This document shows, one piece after another, positions 1 to 8,523 of a DNA stretch of 64,000 nt. The position numbers and the translations under genes were made by a program. The stretch spans positions 8,556 through 72,555 of the forward strand of contig CANCLV010000001.1 in assembly GCA_947378905.1 (NCBI GenBank). Direction: 5' to 3'. The stretch comes from Opitutia bacterium. Lineage in GTDB: Bacteria; Verrucomicrobiota; Verrucomicrobiia; Opitutales; UBA953. A model generated the notes under the pieces. It saw only the letters and a list, made by a program, of their open reading frames with translations. It had not been told where the DNA came from and made no database searches. Each line of letters begins with the position of its first letter. The first letter of the stretch is position 1.

Positions 1-100
1 TGAACCCTACGGCGAAGACGGTAAAGATAACGTACATCCGCCAAGGAGTGATGGGGGCGGACGGGACAGATATTTTATTAAGTGAATCGTCCGGACTCAT
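1..100 (-). CDS. mrdA: Penicillin-binding protein 2 (elongasome transpeptidase), first 33 codons only; gene runs off the window start
   Basis: The ATG at 98-100 (minus) overlaps the mreD stop as ATGA. The translation MSPDDSLNKISVPSAPITPWRMYVIFTVFAVGF ends in a hydrophobic anchor helix. The order matches canonical mreB-mreC-mreD-mrdA. The fragment is too short for a sequence-based call, so this is mostly context. Confidence 0.4.
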   Translation of the reverse strand, partial: MSPDDSLNKISVPSAPITPWRMYVIFTVFAVGF

Positions 101-621
101 AATAAATCATGCGCACTCGGCACTCCGATTAAATCCATTATCCAATTCTGTGTAGTCGATAGGGGGATAATAACTAACAAGCCCATGATGCCCGAGAGGG
201 TGGCTTGAATGGCGGCCTGATAGATGGAGTTATAGATATCGGTTTGGGCCTCACTGCTATAGGCCGCTGCTGAAAACCAGATAAGAGCGGCCAGTGCATT
301 CACGACAACGGCTGCTTGAGTCGTTGCTAAGGTAGTTCGTAGATAGCTGCGATAGTTTCCTAATATAATTGCGATGGTTATCAGTGAGATAGCAACCGTA
401 CCGTTGGGTATCGGACGATAGGCCTCAAACATGAATCCGACACAGCCTGCGAATAGTACAGCCTGCCAGCGTTTTAATCTGCGACACGGGGCAATCAGTG
501 TGGCTCCAGTAATAAAGTAATTAAGACCTGAACTGGCTAACGTGCTTGAAAGTAAATCAGCGACAAACAGCCAAGGGTAGGTCGCAAGAATCAAAGAAAA
601 CCAAGCCCATGGTATGCTCAT
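97..621 (-). CDS. mreD: Rod shape-determining protein MreD
   Basis: 174-aa polytopic hydrophobic protein directly downstream of mreC (4-nt overlap) and upstream of the putative mrdA. The call rests on position and size, since MreD has weak sequence motifs. Confidence 0.65.
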   Translation of the reverse strand: MSIPWAWFSLILATYPWLFVADLLSSTLASSGLNYFITGATLIAPCRRLKRWQAVLFAGCVGFMFEAYRPIPNGTVAISLITIAIILGNYRSYLRTTLATTQAAVVVNALAALIWFSAAAYSSEAQTDIYNSIYQAAIQATLSGIMGLLVIIPLSTTQNWIMDLIGVPSAHDLL

Positions 622-1511
622 CTAAATTCCTCCAATTTAATTTTTTCAGAGGGTGCCAAAAGTATTTCATTAGCGGTAGGGTATTGAGGCACCAGTACTG
701 AAACCTCCTCGATCATGTTTAAATCTTTCGCCGGATTTAAATCAGCGACTTTATAGTTATCATCAGTACTCATTCGGATACTGCCATCGACTTCACCTAA
801 GATTAGTCCCGATGGAAAAACGCCACCCAGACCCGTAGTCAAAACCTTGATGGGCTGACCAGTGGGTGGATTATAATCAATGGGAATACCCGTGATTTTG
901 GCCCTGCCAGGAGAAAGCGAGTTCGCAGCGTCACCTTTCACGTAAACGATGCGACGCTTTTCATCACCGACAAGAAATGCAGTACAACGAAAAGTCGGGC
1001 TGGTGACTAAATCAACTTCACTAATGTTTAAGTGTACTGCCGAAACACGTCCAATGACTTTATCACTGAAAACAACTGGGCTACCTGGACGGATTCCATC
1101 ATTTCTACCTTTTCGGATAATAATTTTTTGCCACCACGACGAGGTGTCGCGTGAAATGACTCGAGCAACCACAGTCAAAAATTCAGAATTGCTTGTGTAG
1201 CGTGCGTTCTCACGCAGGCGTGTATTTTCACGGCGGATATCATCGATCGAATGGAGTCTTAATTCTAAGGCCGCATTGATTCGTGCCAGATCTCTTGAGG
1301 CTGAAATTAATTCCTCATTGCTCCTGCTTTTTAATTCCCAGTAGCGAGAAAGGTCGCTTCCCTTGCTAGCAATTTGTAAAGCGGGCGCTTGAAACTCGGC
1401 GAATGTTTCTTTGGTGAATCGATGAAGTGCGTTGGCACCCGATATCCAAATCAAAACAAAAACGATTAAAGCAATGTAAGATGCCTTGGCGCCTTTTTGG
1501 TGGTTATTCAT
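618..1511 (-). CDS. mreC: Rod shape-determining protein MreC
   Basis: N-terminal TM anchor (YIALIVFVLIWISGA), a coiled-coil-like stretch, then a beta-rich domain with VIGRVSAV...EVDLVTSP typical of MreC. It sits between mreB and mreD. Confidence 0.85.
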   Translation of the reverse strand: MNNHQKGAKASYIALIVFVLIWISGANALHRFTKETFAEFQAPALQIASKGSDLSRYWELKSRSNEELISASRDLARINAALELRLHSIDDIRRENTRLRENARYTSNSEFLTVVARVISRDTSSWWQKIIIRKGRNDGIRPGSPVVFSDKVIGRVSAVHLNISEVDLVTSPTFRCTAFLVGDEKRRIVYVKGDAANSLSPGRAKITGIPIDYNPPTGQPIKVLTTGLGGVFPSGLILGEVDGSIRMSTDDNYKVADLNPAKDLNMIEEVSVLVPQYPTANEILLAPSEKIKLEEFR

Positions 1512-1531
1512 GGCGGGTGGTCCCGCTTAGA

Positions 1532-2548
1532 TTAGTCGCGACCGCTCCAGCGGGAGGCGTTGCCTAAAATTTTACCAGTACCATTTACCACGGCACAGAG
1601 AGGATCTTCGGCGATAATGACGGGAAGCCCAGTGGCTTCGGAGATAGCACGATCGATGCGACGGATCAGAGCTCCGCCACCAGCAATCACGATACCACGG
1701 TCGACTAAGTCAGCAGAAAGTTCAGGAGGAATACGTTCCAATGAGCCTTTAATGGCTTCAATGATTTGATTAATATTATCTGCCATCGCTTCACGTACTT
1801 CTTGAGAAGTGAGGTGGAGAGAGCGGGGGAGACCAGTGACGGAGTCACGACCACGTACTTCGTAAGTCATCTCTTGTTCTAAAGCATAAGCAGAACCGAT
1901 TTTAATCTTAATTTCTTCTGCGGTGCGCTCACCGATGATGAGATTATATGAATTCTTAATATACTTAATAATCGCCGAATCAAATTCGTCACCACCGACG
2001 CGAATGGAGCGTGCGTGTACAATGCCACCGAGTGAGATCACAGCGACTTCAGTGGTACCGCCACCGATATCGACAATCATCGATGCCATTGGCTCTTCGA
2101 CAGGTAAGCCTACACCGATTGCGGAGGCAACAGGTTCAGGAATGGTAATCACATCATCAGCACCGGCGCGATACGCGGAGTCCATCACGGCGCGACGTTC
2201 AACTGCGGTGATACCGTAAGGAACGGCAACGACGACGGTGAGATTTGAGAAAATAGATTTACGAGCTACTTTACCGATGAAGTAGCGAAGCATGTGTTCG
2301 CTGATTTCGAAGTCGGCGATCACACCATCTTTCATCGGACGCAGCGCTTGGATATCACCAGGAGTACGACCAAGCATCATCTTCGCTTCATTACCAACAG
2401 CGATTGGCTTGCGAGTGCTGGTACGAATCGCGACCACGGAAGGTTCTCTAAGGACAACGCCTCGGTCTTTCAGAAAGACCAAAGTATTGGCGGTACCTAG
2501 GTCGATACCAATGGCTTGGGTGAATAGCCCTGGGAAACGCTTAAACAT
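1532..2548 (-). CDS. mreB: Rod shape-determining actin homologue MreB
   Basis: Actin-fold motifs are present: IGIDLGTANTLV, DIGGGTTEVAVISLGG and IAGGGALIRRID. Length is 338 aa. Confidence 0.97.
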   Translation of the reverse strand: MFKRFPGLFTQAIGIDLGTANTLVFLKDRGVVLREPSVVAIRTSTRKPIAVGNEAKMMLGRTPGDIQALRPMKDGVIADFEISEHMLRYFIGKVARKSIFSNLTVVVAVPYGITAVERRAVMDSAYRAGADDVITIPEPVASAIGVGLPVEEPMASMIVDIGGGTTEVAVISLGGIVHARSIRVGGDEFDSAIIKYIKNSYNLIIGERTAEEIKIKIGSAYALEQEMTYEVRGRDSVTGLPRSLHLTSQEVREAMADNINQIIEAIKGSLERIPPELSADLVDRGIVIAGGGALIRRIDRAISEATGLPVIIAEDPLCAVVNGTGKILGNASRWSGRD

Positions 2549-2568
2549 TAGTCGTAGTGGTTGAATTG

Positions 2569-2597
2569 GTTAAATAAGTAAACATTTGAGTAGTCAA
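2569..2597 (-). promoter_or_regulatory. Candidate sigma70-type promoter of mreBCD
   Basis: On the minus strand, TTGACT (2597-2592) is followed by a 17-nt spacer and TTTAAC (2574-2569). This lies about 20 nt upstream of the mreB ATG (2548). Pattern match only. Confidence 0.35.
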
Positions 2598-2764
2598 ACC
2601 CCTTTTAGCCAAAGGCTTAAGTCAGTCGCAAGCGACTTCCCTCAATTTTATTGGGTATAATCGCTGCCTCAGTCGTCCAACTCTCAGTGAATCACTTGCC
2701 GTTCAAGGTCACGGGCTGGAGGGTTGACACTGTGCGAGACTTTCGGAATTTTTAGACTGTTGTA

Positions 2765-3628
2765 ATGTTAAAACGTTTTCTGATTTTAGGTATTCTGATT
2801 CACGTAACGTGTGTGCCGAGTCAACTCTTTGGACAAGGGTCTGGCTATCAAATATTCATAGACATGCCTTCCGGTCGTAAGATAACGCTAGACGTTGAAG
2901 CAACTGATTCATTTCAAAATATTAGAGAAAAAATGCAGGACAAGACGGGTATAGCACCTATTTATCAGTCGATATATTTTGGCTATGGCTACCTGAATCA
3001 ATCGTTGCTTGATCCTCTAGGAATCTTGGCAGATTTCAATATAGGTCGCGAGGCGCCTGGTAATTTATATTTTAATACATCAGCGGATACATTCTTGAAT
3101 GCTACAAGTTATAATTCATCTCTACGTGAGTACACCCTACTTAATGGGTATGATGTTCAGTTAGATCACGTGAACCGATTTGTGAATTCGGTCTTAACTA
3201 ACACGACAGTCGCCGAGGACACGAATGGCGTTCTTCAGCCAATCTCACTTTCAGGTGCACTACTATTTTCTCCGGCCGAACAGAATTCTTATACCTTTAA
3301 TATTTTTTTAGCCAATCCTACTTCAAGTTTATCTAACTTTAGTGATGCAACAGGGTTTACGGTTCCGTTAGTCGTCACCTCGCAAGGTATTATCGGATTT
3401 AACTCAGCCGATATAACTGTGAACGTGGACGCATCAAGCTTCGCCAATAGCCTTGGCGGTGGATCATTTAGCTTGGTTCAGCCGAATAGCAGAACGCTGA
3501 GCCTGCAGTTTACACCAGGTACGATTCCGGAGCCTTCAACCTACGGATTCTGTGGCTTTGGCGCGATCGGACTGATGTTTTTCTTACGTCGGAAGAAATT
3601 AAAACAGTCCACAAGCATTAGCGCCTAA
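2765..3628 (+). CDS. Secreted PEP-CTERM-anchored protein with N-terminal ubiquitin-like (beta-grasp) domain
   Basis: Signal peptide MLKRFLILGILIHVTCVPSQLFG. Residues about 28-103 align by eye to ubiquitin (QIF..G..ITL.VE..D...N...K.QDK.GI.P..Q...F....L ... L.D.NI..E). The middle is Asn/Ser/Thr-rich. The C-terminus IPEPSTYGFCGFGAIGLMFFLRRKK is a PEP-CTERM sorting signal. Confidence 0.8.
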   Translation: MLKRFLILGILIHVTCVPSQLFGQGSGYQIFIDMPSGRKITLDVEATDSFQNIREKMQDKTGIAPIYQSIYFGYGYLNQSLLDPLGILADFNIGREAPGNLYFNTSADTFLNATSYNSSLREYTLLNGYDVQLDHVNRFVNSVLTNTTVAEDTNGVLQPISLSGALLFSPAEQNSYTFNIFLANPTSSLSNFSDATGFTVPLVVTSQGIIGFNSADITVNVDASSFANSLGGGSFSLVQPNSRTLSLQFTPGTIPEPSTYGFCGFGAIGLMFFLRRKKLKQSTSISA

Positions 3629-4564
3629 AATCGCTAATCCTGCGGCAATACGGTACCAGGCGAAGGGTTTAAGTCCGCGACGCATAATAAATCCAATCAT
3701 CCATTTTACTGAGATGAATGCAGCCACCGCGGCGATTACGAGTCCAAGGCTAGCATTACCAATGGGATAAACTTGTTTGAGGGCTGGTCCGAGTGAGTAC
3801 ATTTTGTAAACTGAAGCAGCGGACAAAATCACAAAGCCAACGAGGAATGAAAACTCTGTGGCGACAGCAGAAGACAATCCGGCCCAGCGTCCGCCTAAGA
3901 TGGTGGCCAGTGATCGGCTAGTTCCAGGGATGAGCGCAACGCATTGGCAGAGTCCAATCCACAGCGCCTGCTGGGGTGATACATTTAATTCACCACTATT
4001 GTCGGAAGGAATTTTAGGTAATTTTTCTTCTGCTAAAAAGATTACAAATCCGCCTATGATTAAGGCAAGAGCGACAATGGTTACATCGAAAGGTATGTAA
4101 TCCTTGATAATAAAACCTAAGATAGCTGCGGGTAAAAAGGCGATGAGGATAGCAAGCGCTAAGAAAATCGAACTGCGATTACCTTTCAAGATCCCGACTA
4201 CAACCGACTTCATTCGTTGATAAAAAATAAAAAGCACGGCGAGAATCGCACCGAGTTGAATGATGACAATATAGTCATCGGCGATTTTCTCGAGCGAGAG
4301 TCTGCGACCTTTTCGATCCACGACACTGGACTCCACCAGGGTTGAGCTCTTATCAACGCCCATGACCGCATCACTAATAATCATGTGACCGGTTGACGAT
4401 ACGGGCAGATATTCCGTTACGCCTTCGACCAGTCCAGTGACTACGGCACGTTGGGTACTGAATTGATTACGTACTTCTTCTGCCGTTTTATCTGGGCTGA
4501 TTTGCTCGCCTGCAAATAAGCCTAAGGGACTGACCAGTAATAAAAATAGTAGGGTACGAGGCAT
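3599..4564 (-). CDS. uppP: Undecaprenyl-diphosphate phosphatase (BacA/UppP family)
   Basis: VTEYLPVSSTGHMII matches the UppP E-x-LPVSSxGH motif, and LIPGTSRSLATILGG matches the PGxSRSG motif. The protein is polytopic, with an N-terminal extension and one internal insertion relative to typical ~270-aa UppP. Confidence 0.85.
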   Translation of the reverse strand: MPRTLLFLLLVSPLGLFAGEQISPDKTAEEVRNQFSTQRAVVTGLVEGVTEYLPVSSTGHMIISDAVMGVDKSSTLVESSVVDRKGRRLSLEKIADDYIVIIQLGAILAVLFIFYQRMKSVVVGILKGNRSSIFLALAILIAFLPAAILGFIIKDYIPFDVTIVALALIIGGFVIFLAEEKLPKIPSDNSGELNVSPQQALWIGLCQCVALIPGTSRSLATILGGRWAGLSSAVATEFSFLVGFVILSAASVYKMYSLGPALKQVYPIGNASLGLVIAAVAAFISVKWMIGFIMRRGLKPFAWYRIAAGLAILGANACGLF

Positions 4565-4620
4565 AGATTTATCTGATATAGGTAGAAAGAAAGCGCAAGA
4601 CTCCGATTTGTCCTTGTCGC

Positions 4621-4653
4621 TTGCCCTTGGTCTTACTTCGCTCTTTATATTAT
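4621..4653 (+). promoter_or_regulatory. Candidate promoter of trpB (leaderless-type spacing)
   Basis: TTGCCC (4621-4626), then TATATT (4646-4651) or TATTAT (4648-4653). The latter ends 7 nt before the trpB ATG at 4661. No purine-rich SD lies in between. Confidence 0.3.
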
Positions 4654-4660
4654 TTTAATT

Positions 4661-5896
4661 ATGTCCGCTTCGAGTCTCATTCCAACCAAAGAACCTCGCT
4701 TCCAGGTGCCTGATGCCCGTGGACGTTTTGGTCAGTTTGGTGGAATGTATGTTCCAGAAACTTTAATGACTCCGCTTTTGGAGTTATCGAAAGCCTATGC
4801 GGAAGCACGTCGTGATCCAGCATTTCAAAATGCCTTCACCAACATGCTGCGTGATTTTGCCGGACGTCCCACCGGACTGTACTTTGCGGAGTCGCTCACG
4901 AAACATTTCGGTGGTGCTCGAATTTATTTAAAACGCGAAGACATGTTGCACACGGGTGCACATAAAATCAACAACGCGATTGGCCAAGCGTTGCTTGCTA
5001 TTCGCATGGGCAAGAAACGCATCATTGCCGAAACAGGCGCAGGACAACACGGAACTGCTACCGCGGCGGTCTGTGCTAAATTTGGTTTAAAGTGTGTCAT
5101 CTACATGGGTGCCGAAGATATGGAACGTCAGGCACTTAACGTATACCGTATGCGTCTCATGGGCGCCGAAGTTCGCGGTGTCGAAGCAGGGCAGAGAACC
5201 TTAAAAGAAGCGGTTAATGAGGCTATGCGCGACTGGGTGACCAATGTCCGCGATACGCATTATATTTTAGGAACAGCCTACGGTGCCCACCCTTATCCCA
5301 TGATGGTACGTGATTTTCACCGTATTATATCGATGGAATCTAAGCAGCAAATGTTGCGTGCAGAAAACAAATTACCCGATCACGTGGTTGCCTGCGTGGG
5401 CGGAGGATCTAATGCGATTGGTTCTTTCTTTGAATATTTAGACGAACCTGAAGTTGAACTCATTGGCGTCGAAGCGGGTGGACGTGGGATTGTGGAAGGT
5501 CAACACGCCGCACGATTTGCGGGTGGCCGTCTCGGTGTACTCCAAGGTTGCCTCACTCACATTTTACAAAACAGCGAAGGACAAATCGAAGGTACGCATT
5601 CTGTGTCTGCTGGATTGGACTACGCAGCGGTTGGACCTGAGCACGCTTACTATCACGAAAGAGGACGAATCAAATTTGCTTACGCGACGGATGAAGAATG
5701 TCTCGATGCGTTTAAATTACTGTCGAGCAAAGAGGGGATTATTCCCGCTCTAGAATCCAGTCACGCTCTGGCCTATGGTTGTAAGCTAGCTTCTGACAGT
5801 CCTCGAACATCTACCGTCTTAATTAATTTATCAGGTCGTGGTGACAAGGACGTATGGAGTGCCGCTCGTGCGATGGGCGTTGAAATCAAACTCTAA
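4661..5896 (+). CDS. trpB: Tryptophan synthase beta chain
   Basis: [13 protein letters not shown] at the N-terminus, HTGAHKINN (PLP lysine) and GGGSNAIG. Length 411 aa. No trpA is adjacent. Confidence 0.97.
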   Translation: MSASSLIPTKEPRFQVPDARGRFGQFGGMYVPETLMTPLLELSKAYAEARRDPAFQNAFTNMLRDFAGRPTGLYFAESLTKHFGGARIYLKREDMLHTGAHKINNAIGQALLAIRMGKKRIIAETGAGQHGTATAAVCAKFGLKCVIYMGAEDMERQALNVYRMRLMGAEVRGVEAGQRTLKEAVNEAMRDWVTNVRDTHYILGTAYGAHPYPMMVRDFHRIISMESKQQMLRAENKLPDHVVACVGGGSNAIGSFFEYLDEPEVELIGVEAGGRGIVEGQHAARFAGGRLGVLQGCLTHILQNSEGQIEGTHSVSAGLDYAAVGPEHAYYHERGRIKFAYATDEECLDAFKLLSSKEGIIPALESSHALAYGCKLASDSPRTSTVLINLSGRGDKDVWSAARAMGVEIKL

Positions 5897-5899
5897 TTT

Positions 5900-6778
5900 A
5901 TGTGCGCGGCATCCATGACAGGCTTTGGTCGGGCGGAACTTAAACTCGACGGAAAGTCCTACGCCATTGAAATTGCCTCGGTAAATCAGAAGAATTTACA
6001 GATTTCGGTGTATGGTCCGGAAGAGTGGCCGACCCTGGAATCCGTTGTCAGTAACGCCATTCGCCAACATCTCCATCGCGGTAAAGTGACTGTGCGAATT
6101 AACTCTGCCGATTTCTCAAATCGCACCACAACTCATTGGGACGAAAGTAATCTCCGATCGTTGTATGAAGAGTTTCAGACGCTCGCGAAGAAGTTAAATG
6201 TACCTGTTACGCCTGATGCAAATTTACTTTTAAGTTTAAGTAATGTGCGCAGCAATAATCGTTCAAGTTTACCCTCGTTTGAAGTTTGTGAGAAAGATAT
6301 TTTATCAGCACTTGAGATTGCGGTTAAGCAGCTCATGAAAATGCGTGAGGCTGAAGGAAATACTTTGGCGAAAGATTTGAAGGCCCGACTCATCAAAATT
6401 AATCAGAGTGTGGATCTGATGCAGGAGTCTGAAAAAGAAGCTCCCAAACGTCATCGTGATTTAATGCTCAAACGATTAAAGGACATGGGTCTGGAATTAG
6501 ATTTAGCCGATGAAAGAGTGCTTAAGGAAATTGCGATTTGGGCAGATCGCTGCGATATCACCGAGGAAATCGTCAGGCTGAAAAGTCACATTCAACAGTT
6601 TCAGCAAGACTTAGAGGGCGAAAAAAATGGAAGAAAGTTGGACTTTCTAGTACAAGAATTGCTTAGAGAGGCTAATACTGTGGGCAGTAAGGCATCGGAA
6701 ATAGCCACAACTCGTGCGGTTTTGGAGGTAAAAACTGAAATTGAGAGAATTAGGGAACAGGTTCAAAATCTTGAATAA
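5900..6778 (+). CDS. YicC/YloC family stress-induced protein (putative endoribonuclease)
   Basis: N-terminal SMTGFGRAE and C-terminal LDFLVQELLREANTVGSKA are the hallmark YicC_N / DUF1732 motifs. An alternative start exists at 5915. Confidence 0.85.
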   Translation: MCAASMTGFGRAELKLDGKSYAIEIASVNQKNLQISVYGPEEWPTLESVVSNAIRQHLHRGKVTVRINSADFSNRTTTHWDESNLRSLYEEFQTLAKKLNVPVTPDANLLLSLSNVRSNNRSSLPSFEVCEKDILSALEIAVKQLMKMREAEGNTLAKDLKARLIKINQSVDLMQESEKEAPKRHRDLMLKRLKDMGLELDLADERVLKEIAIWADRCDITEEIVRLKSHIQQFQQDLEGEKNGRKLDFLVQELLREANTVGSKASEIATTRAVLEVKTEIERIREQVQNLE

Positions 6779-6812
6779 ACTTAGGCTAGGGTATTGCCAA
6801 CGGCCCTTTCCT

Positions 6813-6842
6813 TTGTCTTTCTCTATCAACACTTACTAATTT
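6813..6842 (+). promoter_or_regulatory. Candidate promoter of the HU-family gene (leaderless-type spacing)
   Basis: TTGTCT (6813-6818), an 18-nt spacer, then TAATTT (6837-6842), which ends 6 nt before the ATG at 6849. Confidence 0.3.
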
Positions 6843-6848
6843 TTATCC

Positions 6849-7172
6849 ATGTCTGACAATCTTACGAAACGGCAAATAGTCCTGAAAATTTTTACGGATA
6901 AAGGCTACCCACAAAAGCATATTCGCGATAGCGTCCAGTTAACCTTGGATGCGATCACTGAAGCGTTGCTCGCTGGCCGTGATGTTGAGTTGCGTAACTT
7001 CGGCGTTTTCCAAGTTCAGGTTCGTAAAAGTCGTATCGGTCGTAATCCCAATCGTCCTGAAACCGATGTCGTGATTCCCAAGCGCGCCGTGATTAAATTT
7101 AAAGCCGGTAAAGAACTTAAAGCTAAATTGAAGTCTTATAATATTGATAAGACTGACACCAAGCCCGAGTAA
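6849..7172 (+). CDS. HU/IHF family DNA-binding protein
   Basis: RNFGVFQVQVRKSRIGRNPNRPETDVVIPKRAVIKFKAGKELK matches the HU/IHF beta-arm signature (GFG.F....R..R.GRNP.T.E...I....V..FK.G..LK). Confidence 0.9.
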   Translation: MSDNLTKRQIVLKIFTDKGYPQKHIRDSVQLTLDAITEALLAGRDVELRNFGVFQVQVRKSRIGRNPNRPETDVVIPKRAVIKFKAGKELKAKLKSYNIDKTDTKPE

Positions 7173-7182
7173 GTTTTTATCC

Positions 7183-8520
7183 ATGGCAGATATTCGCTCA
7201 TTACCAGGTTTTAGAGAATTTTATCCTGAAGACAGAGCGATTCAAAATCATCTCTTCACGGTCTGGCGTCAGGCCTGCCGTCGCTATGGTTTTCGTGAAT
7301 GGGAATCTCCTGTGCTCGAGCCTTTAGAACTCTTCACCGAAAAATCGGGCGAGGAGATTGTTAAACAGTTATTCAACTTTGAAGACAAAGGTGGTCGCCA
7401 GGTGAGTCTTCGTCCCGAAATGACACCTTCCCTGGCTCGTATGGTCGGAGCTCGTGCCAACGGAATGCCTAAACCGATTCGTTGGTTTTCCATCGGAGAG
7501 AATTTTCGTTACGAAAAACCACAAAAGGGTCGTCTGAGATCTTTTTACCAGCTCAACGCCGATTTACTCGGTGAAGCGAGTGCCACGGCTGACGCTGAAC
7601 TTATCGCACTCTGCGCTGATTGTTTGTTAGGTTTTGGTCTGACCCAAAAAGACTTCTCAATTCGTATTTCTGACCGTCAACTTTGGTTTAAATTTTTAGA
7701 GAGCGAAAAGGTTCCCGCTGAGAAAATTACTGGCGTCTTAGGCGTGGTTGATAAGTTAGAGCGTTCCAGCCCCGGCGATTTATTAGAAGCTATGAAGGCT
7801 GTACTGGCTGGTACTGAATGTGATCCCGCTAAGTTGCTGGCATCCGTAAAAGCTTTCGCAGCCATTCGTTCACTGAATGAATTGGAAGTCATTGCCCAGA
7901 AGGATGCAGCAATGGCTGCACGTTTGGTAGAATGGAAACAATTATTAGATTCTATTAAGGCCCTCGGTTTTTCGGAATGTGTATCGATTGATTTAACCAT
8001 CGTCCGTGGTTTGGCTTATTACACTGGCTTTGTTTTTGAGGCTTTTGAAGTCGGTGCCGAAGCTCGTGCGCTCGCGGGCGGCGGACGTTACGACACGCTG
8101 GTTAAGAAATTAGGCGGTCCCGATTTACCCGCCGCTGGTTTCGGTATGGGTGATGTTACCGTTCGTGACTTATTAGAGTCCAAAAATCTTTTACCCAAAT
8201 ATTCTGACGGCCCGAACTTCTATGTCATGATTCTGGGCGATGATGCTCGCCATGTTGCTCTTGAGGATATTGCGGCACTTCGTCGCGCCGGCTTCAGGGT
8301 CGAATACAATTTACGCGACGGTAAATTCCCTAAATTAATTCAAAGCGCTGAAACCATCGGTGCTCAATATGCTTTGGTTTATGGTGGTGAAGAAGTAGCT
8401 AAGGGAATCACCAAGGTAAGAAGTTTAACCGATCGCACCGAAGCGACTATTCCTCGCACCGACATCATTCCCGCACTGCGTGCTGTATTAGAAGAAGGCA
8501 TGCGTGCCATTCTTCCTTAA
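7183..8520 (+). CDS. hisS: Histidine--tRNA ligase
   Basis: Class II aaRS motifs (LRPEMTPSLARMV, FRYEKPQKGRLRSFYQ, AGGGRYD) plus a C-terminal anticodon-binding domain. The start is set at ATG 7183 (MADIRSLPGF) because the upstream part of the ORF (from 7144) overlaps the HU gene. Confidence 0.95.
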   Translation: MADIRSLPGFREFYPEDRAIQNHLFTVWRQACRRYGFREWESPVLEPLELFTEKSGEEIVKQLFNFEDKGGRQVSLRPEMTPSLARMVGARANGMPKPIRWFSIGENFRYEKPQKGRLRSFYQLNADLLGEASATADAELIALCADCLLGFGLTQKDFSIRISDRQLWFKFLESEKVPAEKITGVLGVVDKLERSSPGDLLEAMKAVLAGTECDPAKLLASVKAFAAIRSLNELEVIAQKDAAMAARLVEWKQLLDSIKALGFSECVSIDLTIVRGLAYYTGFVFEAFEVGAEARALAGGGRYDTLVKKLGGPDLPAAGFGMGDVTVRDLLESKNLLPKYSDGPNFYVMILGDDARHVALEDIAALRRAGFRVEYNLRDGKFPKLIQSAETIGAQYALVYGGEEVAKGITKVRSLTDRTEATIPRTDIIPALRAVLEEGMRAILP

Positions 8521-8523
8521 GCA

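Noticed and set aside
2656-2661. A perfect TATAAT in the mreB/Ubl intergenic region, considered as the promoter of the ubiquitin-like gene or of a small RNA.
   Set aside because: There is no convincing -35 at 16-19 nt, and the extended -10 TG is misplaced by one nt. It would give a ~100-nt leader with no recognisable riboswitch or ncRNA structure beyond two tiny hairpins (AGCCaaaGGCT, AGTCGCaaGCGACT). Not supportable without transcript data.
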